A stretch of 43,173 nt of DNA from Stramenopiles sp. TOSAG23-6 (lineage: Eukaryota), in NCBI GenBank assembly GCA_900128565.1, contig LT635933.1:1-43173 (forward strand). Reading direction: 5' to 3'. Below are positions 1 through 9,109 of this stretch, one piece after another. Each line of letters begins with the position of its first letter. The first letter of the stretch is position 1. A program made the position numbers and the translations under genes. Below the pieces are notes generated by a model. The model saw only the letters and a list, made by a program, of their open reading frames with translations. It did not search any database and was not told the DNA's origin.

Positions 1-10
1 TTGATACGAC

Positions 11-1171
11 ATGTTTCATACTGGATGCCATAAAAGTAAAACAACAAGTTCTGNCGCAAAGAGTAAAGGTACTGCTCCGACATGGATAGAAAGTAATTTT
101 GTTGAACCTTTTAAAAGTGTATGTCCAGAAGAAGATCGATGTGAGAGTACTGGTTCTGCAATATCACTTCTATATCCAATGTACATTTTGATCATGAATT
201 TCAAATTTATTTTTTTTATAGAAAATTTCATATCTAACAAATTTCAAACTCTGAAAATATTTGTTCATGCTATGTGCGACACAAAATCAAGGATGCCTTG
301 AAAGAGTGGGGATTCAAAAAGGAAGTCAAGTATTCTTGTGAACCTCCAAATCCAGACACTGTGTGTTTTATTTTTTTTAATTTTGAATTTTTTTCGTACG
401 AAATTTTATACCTAACGAAAAAACATTTTGAAATATTTTTCCAAAATACATGGCTCATGTTCCAAGGGGTGCAAACTTTGTACAAATGCAATGAGTTCAG
501 ATTGTTATCCTACTGAGTATAACTGTGAAACAAATCTAGATGGCTATCCTGGTATACAAAGTTTTATTTGTGGAAATAGTTTGAGAAATTCCAATACTGG
601 ACAACCAAAGCAAAAATGTGTAGGTGGGTCATTTCTAGATCCCTGGCTGTGTCGAGGTCTTACATCATCTCCTAGTAAAAGTGGGGCTCATCAAGAACAA
701 ATATGCATGGTACGAAGTATTTAATACATTGAAATTAATTATGATATTTTGTAGTATCACTCTTTATTCATTTATCGAACAATTTACATTATATTATATA
801 CACACAAGATGCCATGTGATGCTGCTTCTGCAGATAAGGTGAAATGCGATGGACATAAAAGTGGATGTCCAGGTTTGACGTACTGTTGTGGTCATGAACC
901 TGGTGCTTGTGGGAAAAACTGGAAATTGTTAAATGGTGTTTATGGTATGACTGATAACACTCCGGATGTTACAAAACCAGATGGAGATGAAAATACTAAT
1001 TCTGATGATTCAAAGGATAAAAAGAAGGATGATTCTTCCAATTTTGGTCAAACAGGAACAAAAGAAAGTGAAATATTAGTAAATCACGATGAAGAAGGTA
1101 GTAGTAGTAGTAAGAAATCCTATAGTATTTTAATCCTTATTGCGGCAACATTATTTATGTATATTATTTGA
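11..1171 (+). CDS. Cys-rich putative surface protein with C-terminal hydrophobic (GPI/TM-like) tail, probably 5'-incomplete; exons 11..180, 276..360, 452..709, 809..1171
   Basis: Four ORF pieces join in frame (876 nt); many Cys, D/S/K-rich stalk, tail SYSILILIAATLFMYII. Confidence 0.7.
181..275 (+). mobile_element. Non-canonical intron/introner copy (AT|GTACATTT...CATGCTATGT|), 95 nt
   Basis: Branch variant TATCTAAC, AAAATATTT box; removal gives YPMRHKIKDALKEW in frame. Confidence 0.72.
361..451 (+). mobile_element. Non-canonical intron/introner copy (CT|GTGTGTTT...AAAATACAT|), 91 nt
   Basis: TTTCGTACGAAA and TACCTAACG present; no AG near the end; joins PNPDT to GSCSKGCKLC. Confidence 0.8.
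710..808 (+). other. Conventional GT-AG intron, not a family member, 99 nt
   Basis: GTACGA...CAAG, phase 0, joins EQICM to MPCDAAS; lacks TACCTAAC and Tn/An runs. Confidence 0.7.
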
Positions 1172-1212
1172 AAAATAAAATAATGAATACAATAGTATTA
1201 AAATGAACTGAA

Positions 1213-2883
1213 TTATTCTTTATTATCATTTTGTCTGTTATCAGACTTTGTAGGTATTTCTGTAATTTTAGATTTACTTCTGGAATACTTTTCATATTGT
1301 CTCTGATTCCATAATTCCATTATCCTATTTAGAGCATATACTTCCCCACGTCTCTGTGCCTTTTTTTCTCTTCTATTTTCTCTTTCTAAACTCTTGACTT
1401 TACGCTGTTCATGAAAATTTTGTGTAGCTTTTCTTTTCTCCTCTTCACGTTGTCTCCCAAGTAAATTAATTCTTTTTTGTGCCTCAAGTCGAAGCTGTGC
1501 TAATTCTTCTTGGGATAGCTTTTTTTGTTGCTTTTCAAGTGATGCCTGGACACAGATTGAAAGCTTCTTGGCGTTTCTTACACGAAGCCTTTCTTCGGCT
1601 TTGATTCGTTCTGCTTCCACATCAATCAATGAATATTTTTGACGTCGTTTTTCATTCTCTATATCTATTGTTTTATTTGCTTCAAATGACATTTTCGATG
1701 CAATAATTCTATCTTGTGCTAACTTTCTAGCTTGTTCAATTTTTGCCTTTTCATTAGAGTCTTGTTTTTGTCTTTGTTGTTGCACGCGGACAATATGAGA
1801 TTGACTAGCAAGCGATCTAATTTTGTGTACTAAACCTTTAACATTTGGTTTTCGCGCAAATCCAATTATTTTTTTCTGTGATTGAATTGAAAAATCTAAT
1901 TCAACTTTTTTTTGTGTTTTTTTATAAAAACTAGCAGTTTGTGAAGACCGAAATAATGGTTGTTTAGAAGCACTACTTTTCGTGTGAGCCATTTCTTTAG
2001 TGGCACTTCTACGATATATATGTTTTACGCTATCAATTGAGATTTTCTTTATGGATTTTATATGTTTTACACTATCAATTGAGATTTTCTTTATGGATTT
2101 CGATTTTTTTCGTTTTTGTTTCTTTTTAGTCTTATTCTTCCGAAATGGCATTGATACGATTTCTTCGGCACTATCATTTATCGTTGGAGTTGAAGATGTA
2201 GAACTACTATTACTGGTATTATCATTATTATTGTCATTGTTAAGAGTATTATTACTCATATTCTTTGTACTGTTTGATTTTTCTCTAAGAGAATCTCTAT
2301 CAGGCTGAAGAAAAAACTTTGAATACTTTTTTGGCTTCTCCTGCTCCACTTTACAATCCTCTACATGTTCAGACCATGCAAGTTTTTGTAGGTCACTATC
2401 TTGTTCAAGAAATTGCCATTGTTTAGTCATCCATTCACATGCGTCACGCATTTCGCCACCGTAGTCTGCGTCTATTTCTTTTGGTTTAATGCCTGGTATT
2501 TTAAAGGTGGAGTTTATATCAATCAACTCTGGAGGTTTTGTTTCAACATGGAAAGGTTTGATACGTTTTTCATTCACTGTTTCACTAATATTTATAGTAT
2601 CTTCAGTAAAATTACTTCCTGAAAATTTCCTTGGAACTGCTGGAGACCTTGGTGGACGACCCGCGTCAAGTACAGTTTCAATGTATAGTGCTCGTCCTGG
2701 TTGACTTGAAAATGATTGCTGAAGCAGGTTATCTGTTTGAACTTCCCTAGCGGTTAGTGTTTGTAACCGATTTGAGTACCTTCCAGAATATTTGGCTATA
2801 GCCTTTCGTAAACGGTTTGGTTTTCTCTTCTTTTCACCAATTGAACTTCCTACGAGACAAAGGCCTAGGTCGTTCCCTAACAT
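1213..2883 (-). CDS. Hypothetical protein with basic and coiled-coil C-terminal half, 556 aa
   Basis: Long intact ORF; E/K/Q/R-rich; no family recognised. Confidence 0.8.
   Translation of the reverse strand: MLGNDLGLCLVGSSIGEKKRKPNRLRKAIAKYSGRYSNRLQTLTAREVQTDNLLQQSFSSQPGRALYIETVLDAGRPPRSPAVPRKFSGSNFTEDTINISETVNEKRIKPFHVETKPPELIDINSTFKIPGIKPKEIDADYGGEMRDACEWMTKQWQFLEQDSDLQKLAWSEHVEDCKVEQEKPKKYSKFFLQPDRDSLREKSNSTKNMSNNTLNNDNNNDNTSNSSSTSSTPTINDSAEEIVSMPFRKNKTKKKQKRKKSKSIKKISIDSVKHIKSIKKISIDSVKHIYRRSATKEMAHTKSSASKQPLFRSSQTASFYKKTQKKVELDFSIQSQKKIIGFARKPNVKGLVHKIRSLASQSHIVRVQQQRQKQDSNEKAKIEQARKLAQDRIIASKMSFEANKTIDIENEKRRQKYSLIDVEAERIKAEERLRVRNAKKLSICVQASLEKQQKKLSQEELAQLRLEAQKRINLLGRQREEEKRKATQNFHEQRKVKSLERENRREKKAQRRGEVYALNRIMELWNQRQYEKYSRSKSKITEIPTKSDNRQNDNKE
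2017..2100. repeat. 42-bp tandem duplication inside CDS (KSIKKISIDSVKHI x2)
   Basis: Units 2017..2058 and 2059..2100 differ by one base. Confidence 0.92.
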
Positions 2884-3272
2884 CGTGACTTATTCAGCAG
2901 TGCTAATGTTTGAGTGGGTGTAAGCCTACAACATTAAAAAAAATAACACCATACTATTTACTGTCTTTAACTACGCCCAACATCGAAATATTCTGTCGAT
3001 AAAAAACGTAGTATACTACTTAGAATAGCTACTGTAAGCTTTTCAGTCTTTACGGACGATCCGTTTTATTTGTTGTAACCGTCAAAATTTAAAATCCCGT
3101 TTCAATTTGTAAACTCTTTTTAATTAATAATTAAACACTAGCTATAGAACATATACCCTACGGTACCACTTACAAGGTGTAGTATTGTAGTGATAACATC
3201 ACTCCGTTAAATACAAAACCAAGAATATATAAAATCCTAATCTCTAGTATGCTGCTTTAGGAAATCCTGGAA

Positions 3273-4190
3273 ATGGTAAACACCGATAGACTTGATAGTA
3301 TCAGACGAGCCCGTGTCAGAGGGTTTATTAGAGATAAAAAGTCAGCTGCTCTAGCTGCATCTGCAAGTATCTTTGCCGCCAAGCACGCACTAACATCGAG
3401 TGATAGTGCATGGTTTACAGCAGATCGATGCGCGTTTTTCCTGAAAAATAAAGGAGAAAGGGATGCTCAAAAAAAAATTTTGGAGCAGTGCAAATTTAGA
3501 ACAATAATGATCAAGAAAACAACAGCAATAGCTTCAAAATACGCAAATGAGGCAGCAATTTCTGCACATTGGTCAGCCGTAGAATCCTACAAATCATATC
3601 ATTTATGCATTGAAGAGGTCAATAGAGTACAGCTCTTAAAATATGAATATGATGAAAAAAACAAAGAAGACGAAATTGTAAATCTTAAAATGGAAGTTGC
3701 TTCTGCGTTAATGACGGATAAAGAGCGTCGAACGTATCAACGAAAGAAAGCTAGTAAAGCATTGGCATTTCGTGCGAAAAAGGCCAGTGGTAATGCCGCG
3801 ATGGTTTCACTATATGCAATGCAATCTACAATGAAATCTATGCACACAGCTCAAAAAGCTATCCGTAGCAAGAAAGAAAAAAAAAAAATAACAATGAAGA
3901 AAAATAATAGAGACCAAGAACAGTTTATAAAAAAGAAGCCTAATAATCATAAACAAAATGTAGTACTAGAGAAAATCCAAGATTCACAGAAAAACGATAG
4001 TAGAAAAAAATCTAAAACTAGGACGGGGGAGCAACTTGCTTTACCGGTCTTGAATAATAGACCTAAAAGCTCAAGACATAAAAACAAACGACGAAAGCAA
4101 AAAATTACCAAAACTGCTAAAAAGTTACCAAAATCCCCTAGAAAGCGTAGAGTGGTTCGATTTGCACAATTGAAGATTGTATCTTCTTGA
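3273..4190 (+). CDS. Hypothetical Ala/Lys-rich basic protein, 305 aa
   Basis: Intact ORF divergent from the previous gene; no family recognised. Confidence 0.72.
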   Translation: MVNTDRLDSIRRARVRGFIRDKKSAALAASASIFAAKHALTSSDSAWFTADRCAFFLKNKGERDAQKKILEQCKFRTIMIKKTTAIASKYANEAAISAHWSAVESYKSYHLCIEEVNRVQLLKYEYDEKNKEDEIVNLKMEVASALMTDKERRTYQRKKASKALAFRAKKASGNAAMVSLYAMQSTMKSMHTAQKAIRSKKEKKKITMKKNNRDQEQFIKKKPNNHKQNVVLEKIQDSQKNDSRKKSKTRTGEQLALPVLNNRPKSSRHKNKRRKQKITKTAKKLPKSPRKRRVVRFAQLKIVSS

Positions 4191-4282
4191 ATGTTTATAA
4201 TACATTTTCATTTTATCATAATTTATTTAAATTAGAAATTCTAATAGTGCTGAACTTTTTCATCTTTGTCATTTATTTCGTT

Positions 4283-4930
4283 CTAGCGGACATAAAAAAA
4301 ACCTAAACTTGATAAAGAACCTCTCAGAAATTTAGTTATTCGTGTTAGTACTCCTAATCTTCGTACAATTGTTATAAAGAGTCGACACAAGGAAAACCAT
4401 GCAAGTACACTGATTGTGTTCTTTGGAACATCAGGGAAAGAAAGTATCCAACTAAATGGTCCCATCCAAATAGACGGTGACGGTGCTAGTGGGCACCCCC
4501 AGTAAATGTATACTAAAGGGACTAATATAATAAAGTCTAAACCCCGCTTTTTAAAGTCATTAGGAACCATGGACAATATACCATTATTACCAAAGGATCG
4601 TATTTTTGTTTTGATACGTCGGGCTTCCATTTTTTGTGTTTCCAACTTATTACGTTGTCGATTTAACTTTGCACCAACGCTGAAATCACTTGGGCCTTCA
4701 AAGTGTCGAGAATCTCTCTTCAAGTATCGAATTCTTTCATTCAACTCAATATCTGTCTGATTGTAGCTTAAAGTCCACGAATGAACCAAATAGATAGCAA
4801 CTTCAGTAAAAACGGTGAACAAAAAAATACTCAGTAGAGTTATAGAACAAATCGTATGGGATTTTTCTTTTTCTTTACTAAAATAACTCTTCAATAAAAA
4901 CAGACCCGATCCAACGCTAACCATACTCAT
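4283..4930 (-). CDS. GET1: GET1/WRB (CHD5-like) ER tail-anchored protein insertase subunit
   Basis: TM helix, coiled coil ELNERIRYLKR...DFSVGAKLNRQRNKLE, TM, then WILSFP...ISVLAWFSLC resembling Get1/WRB; first ATG at 4930. Confidence 0.7.
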   Translation of the reverse strand: MSMVSVGSGLFLLKSYFSKEKEKSHTICSITLLSIFLFTVFTEVAIYLVHSWTLSYNQTDIELNERIRYLKRDSRHFEGPSDFSVGAKLNRQRNKLETQKMEARRIKTKIRSFGNNGILSMVPNDFKKRGLDFIILVPLVYIYWGCPLAPSPSIWMGPFSWILSFPDVPKNTISVLAWFSLCRLFITIVRRLGVLTRITKFLRGSLSSLGFFYVR

Positions 4931-5286
4931 CAACAAAAACAGACACAATCCAACTATTATATATTAAGGTGGTGATTATAATACAACTATCAGTAGCCAC
5001 ACAAACTACTTGCTGTCGCTGTTGCTGCGCAGAGTGCAGACAGGATTTAAGTTCTAGTATATACTACGTAGGCTAACCCACGTAACTTCGACTTACTTCG
5101 ACACTTCCAATTTTGACTGATCGACAATGTCATCACGATCACACGGCACGAGTTTTTCAGTTTTTGCATAAAAAATATATCGAACTTTCGTCCTCGAAAT
5201 AGGTAAATATAGGAACCAACAATTAGATTGCAAAAAATCAGAAATTGCCTTGACTTAATGCAATTAAATCTTTGATTTTATAGACC

Positions 5287-6510
5287 ATGCCAGAAGAATG
5301 TGTAGACTCTGGATTGAATGAAACTTTCAATAGGGGACGTTTCCAGATATCTGATCTCAAGGTCCCCGATATGCTGGAGATGGACTATATCCGTAGTGCC
5401 AAGCTACTCCTTGACGACATGGAAAAGCTCGGCTACTGTATGATCAAGCTCTCTTCGGAAGAAGCAGCTGCTATGAGGGACAAAGTTACGGCTGACGACC
5501 ACCTCTTCAAACTTTCAATAGATTTGAAAGACCAAATATCTGAGCATACACAAATTAGTCCTCTGAAGGAAAAATACGAAGTATCAGTCTCAGTAAAGAA
5601 AGATTGTAAGGCAATGCAAGTTTTGCTAGAGGTTGGTAAACTTGTAATGACTGCGCTTGGACTACATGCAAAGTTAGGCGAAGATAAGCTAAATCAACTA
5701 TTCAATGATTTCGAAGGAGAAGATCTGCATTCAAGTGAGAGCCGTCTTGCCTCCATAATGTATTATCAAGATGCCAACGCCTCCAACGAGAATAACTCAA
5801 CTGAAGAAGTATCCTCTGGAGCAGAGGCTCATACGGACAGAGGCTTGCTCACAGTAATTTATGCACCTCACAATAGTGGATTGCAAGTCAATAATAGTGA
5901 TAAATGGAGACCGGCTGATGACGGTGGTGGTCAATTGAATGAACCGAATGTGATCATTTTCCCTGGTGCATTGCTCAAACAGCTGAAAGAGTCCTTACCA
6001 TCTCCTACGAAACACCGTGTGATAATGCAACATGAGTCGCGTCATTCAATTGTCCTACGTCTACGAGCCCCGTCTGATTTTGTGTTGGCAAATGGTAAAA
6101 CTGTATTTCAATTCAATCAAGAATGGGAGGCATCACATCGATCAATCAATGAACCGTCATCATCGTCGTCAAGGTTGCAGTCATGGGGCAAGCGAAAGCG
6201 TGAACAAGAAGAGAATAAGCAAAGGTCTACTGAGGATGAAAAAAAAGCACGAGTAGAAAACAAAAATGATGGGATTACTATTCGTATTAAGGATCAGACT
6301 GGAGAAGAAAGGTTTTTCAAAGTTAAGCAAAACACAAAAATGGAGGTCATTTTCAAAGCTTATGCGGGAAGAAGAGGCACCCAGAGATCAGCGTTTCGTT
6401 TTATTCTAAATGGGTACTATAACCACTGGCCAGAGCATAGTACTGTAAGCGATCATAAATTGGAAGACGGGGATCAAATTTATTGCATTCCTCTCTTAAG
6501 AGGTGACTAA
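5287..6510 (+). CDS. 2OG-Fe(II) oxygenase (IPNS-like) fused to C-terminal SUMO-like domain, 407 aa
   Basis: HTDRGLLT (HxD), GLQV, distal HRV and RxS motifs; ITIRIKDQTGEERFFKVKQNTKM...FRF...LEDGDQI is SUMO-like. Confidence 0.85.
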   Translation: MPEECVDSGLNETFNRGRFQISDLKVPDMLEMDYIRSAKLLLDDMEKLGYCMIKLSSEEAAAMRDKVTADDHLFKLSIDLKDQISEHTQISPLKEKYEVSVSVKKDCKAMQVLLEVGKLVMTALGLHAKLGEDKLNQLFNDFEGEDLHSSESRLASIMYYQDANASNENNSTEEVSSGAEAHTDRGLLTVIYAPHNSGLQVNNSDKWRPADDGGGQLNEPNVIIFPGALLKQLKESLPSPTKHRVIMQHESRHSIVLRLRAPSDFVLANGKTVFQFNQEWEASHRSINEPSSSSSRLQSWGKRKREQEENKQRSTEDEKKARVENKNDGITIRIKDQTGEERFFKVKQNTKMEVIFKAYAGRRGTQRSAFRFILNGYYNHWPEHSTVSDHKLEDGDQIYCIPLLRGD

Positions 6511-6844
6511 TCCAAAGCAATACCAAACAAGCATCAAAGATTCTCATTTTTTTCTATATTTTATATAATAATAAATACCCCAAAGCTATACAATTCAACA
6601 TGTATTGGGTTTCATTCTACACTCACTTTTTATCTGGATATTGCAAAATTTTGAACTTAATTTTGCGTTTCTAGATTATATATAAACCAGTGGGCTTCCG
6701 CCCCCTGTTAGAAGTTAACGTTTTGCCCTCTACGCGGTGATACAGTAAAAAAAAAAAGTTATAATATTATTAATTTTTATTATTTATTCATTCAGATAAA
6801 TATTTGATGATAAACAACATTTTTTGCATCTCCTACCAAAATCT

Positions 6845-8292
6845 TTACGCTTGATCTCGTTTTCCAGATATCACTAAACAATTACATAATCTACGTAATG
6901 TATAATATCCCAGTGTACGAATTGCACTACAATGAATTGGAAATATGTATCCATGTATTGTAAAAAATATTTTTTTTTTCCGTACAAAAAATGATTAGGT
7001 ACAAGATTTACTATAAAAAAAAAAAAAATTTGAAATGAATGATGGAAACGTACATCTGTATCTGGACTTCCGATATTCATTGCTTCCAAATCTTCTGTAG
7101 AAAAACAATTTTCAGATCCAATTCGTTTCCTGTTAAAACTTTTGTCAATCGAACTATTATCCAACATTTTTAAATGATTCCAAATTGTATGACTTTGTAA
7201 TGTGAAAAAAATATTTTTTTTTTTTTTTTTGTGGAAAAAAAAAATCGTTAGGTACAACATTTCGTACCAAAAAAAAAAACAAAAAAAATCCGCGATTAAA
7301 ACATACATTTTCTTCTGGTGAAGTATACGGTGCAATATTTGTGAACGTCGGTAAGACGCCATCAGCAAACCCTAAAATTTTGTCTCTATATTGTTGAGCC
7401 TGGTGCGTTGTGTATTTCGTCCGTGTTGGTAAGTCATATGGAACGCATGTGTTGATGAAAAATATGTTTTACATTTCAAATTCGTTAGGTACAGAAATTG
7501 GTACGAAAAAAAGATTAAAAAAATGATGAAAAAAATATTTTTTTTTGTACAATTTGTTAGGTACGAAATTTCGTATGAAAAAAATAAATTCGAAATTGAA
7601 CGTACCGGATGACATAAAAAAGTCTAAAAGCCTTTTATTACCATTTTCACTCATTATACGAATATACTGACCTGCTGCAAAACTATCCATGGTGAGGTGA
7701 AGTATTGTAAAAAAATATTTAAAAAAAAAAAATTGTGAGGTACAACATTTTAAACGAAAAAAAAATTCGAAATTCAATTTTGAAAATGTACTAAAACACG
7801 GCTAATATTGACACCAAGTGATCTATGATTCGAAGCACACTCAAGACAAACAAGGGTACCAAAAGATACGCAACACCATTCCGGATTTTTAGCACCACAG
7901 TCTATACAAGTACTATTACCGGGTAAACTTTTCACCATTTCCACCCAATCTTTTCCTCGATTATATTGAGCTTGTTGTTTTCGACTAGACCTGGGAGTAT
8001 ATTGCTTACTCACTGAAGCTGAAAGCGGCGAAAATGGTTTTTTTTTAGCCGATGCAGGTGTTAGACAAACTTCGAGTTCCTCTTGGGAACTACTTTCACC
8101 AGAGGTAAGTTCCAGGGAGGGATCATCCACGACAATACGCAAGCCATCTTCATTTGGGCTATTTCGTCCAAGTTGTTGCGTCTTATTTACTTTTTTGTAT
8201 GCGGCTAACGTTTCTGGACTAGCTGCAATAGAACTCACAGCCCTTCCTAGACCTTTTTTAGGGGATCCAGCAGTTGTGTTTATTAAATACAT
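6845..8292 (-). CDS. ArfGAP-domain protein, about 327 aa; exons 8292..7792, 7699..7606, 7446..7307, 7194..7054, 6952..6845
   Basis: GNSTCIDC-x16-CLECASNHRSLGV zinc finger, continued after splicing by LTMDSF...GN...FF and KYT...QYRDKI; 984 nt in frame. Confidence 0.88.
6953..7053 (-). mobile_element. Non-canonical intron/introner copy, ArfGAP intron 4 (AT|GTACGTTT...CAATACAT|), 101 nt
   Basis: TGTACCTAAT, AAAATATTTT; phase 0 join to a 35-codon last exon. Confidence 0.78.
7195..7306 (-). mobile_element. Non-canonical intron/introner copy, ArfGAP intron 3 (AT|GTATGTTT...CATTACAA|), 112 nt
   Basis: TGTACCTAACGA; the AG 2 nt downstream gives an early stop whereas the TAC-AA end is in frame. Confidence 0.78.
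7447..7605 (-). mobile_element. Non-canonical intron/introner copy, ArfGAP intron 2 (CG|GTACGTT...CAACACAT|), 159 nt, two branch modules
   Basis: Two GTACCTAAC motifs; join gives FFMSSGVPYDLPTRTKY. Confidence 0.82.
7700..7791 (-). mobile_element. Non-canonical intron/introner copy, ArfGAP intron 1 (TA|GTACATTT...CAATACTT|), 92 nt
   Basis: GTACCTCAC branch variant; join gives ISRVLHLTMDSF, the ArfGAP S-x-V-x-x-x-T-M-D spacing; no AG available. Confidence 0.85.
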
Positions 8293-8557
8293 GACTATGA
8301 TTGAATGCTTTGTTAATAAAAAAAAGTAGCAGACAAAACAGGAATATATATGTTACTACAGGTATATCTTTTTGTTGATCCAGTAGTACCTAAACTTGAT
8401 AGCGTTTGTTTGCGGTTACGACAAAATATCACCATCGGAGATTTTCTCTCCCCGCTGTTTTATTTTACTACTGTTGTCAAACTCTACAAAGTAAACACAA
8501 TTTTATTAAATATAAAACAACACTGATATTCAAAATTACGCTTATTAAAAGTGTAGA

Positions 8558-8905
8558 ATGGGTTCTCAAAGCTCAACATGTTGTAGGCATGACAATGCTT
8601 CCACTTCTTTAAGCAAATCACAAATTCAAAGTCTTGAACAAAGTTATGCAAGGTTCAAAGAGTCTTCTCCTTCAGGTGAAGTTACGAAAGATTATTTATT
8701 TCGACGACTACAGTTAATAGGAGGTCTTTCAACTTCTCAAATAGATTTTTCAAATCGAAATAAAGATTCAATTACCCTGGAAGAATATATGGAAGACTTA
8801 GAAGTAACTCTCAACAACCCACGTGTACCAGAAATAGAGAGGAAAAAAGCTGTAGATGTGATTGAATCTGGCTCTAAGTGGAATGAAAACTACGTGTCAA
8901 TATGA
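8558..8905 (+). CDS. Small protein with MG/CC N-terminal acylation motif and EF-hand-like segment; 3' end uncertain
   Basis: MGSQSSTCC; recoverin-like FKESSPSGEVTK; NRNKDSITLEEYM; N bases just downstream. Confidence 0.6.
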   Translation: MGSQSSTCCRHDNASTSLSKSQIQSLEQSYARFKESSPSGEVTKDYLFRRLQLIGGLSTSQIDFSNRNKDSITLEEYMEDLEVTLNNPRVPEIERKKAVDVIESGSKWNENYVSI

Positions 8906-9109
8906 AATTAACCATGACAAATCAATCATNACAAANCGTAAAAAAANTATATGCANGTATAGTCGGATTTATTATTTACCCTTTTGCAAACATACTATTT
9001 ATATCATATATTATTTTATAAAAAAAGTTAATAGTTCACACACAATGGAATCGTTCCAAAATCCATCACAAAAAAGATATTCTTTGTACACAACATTGAA
9101 ATAACAAAA

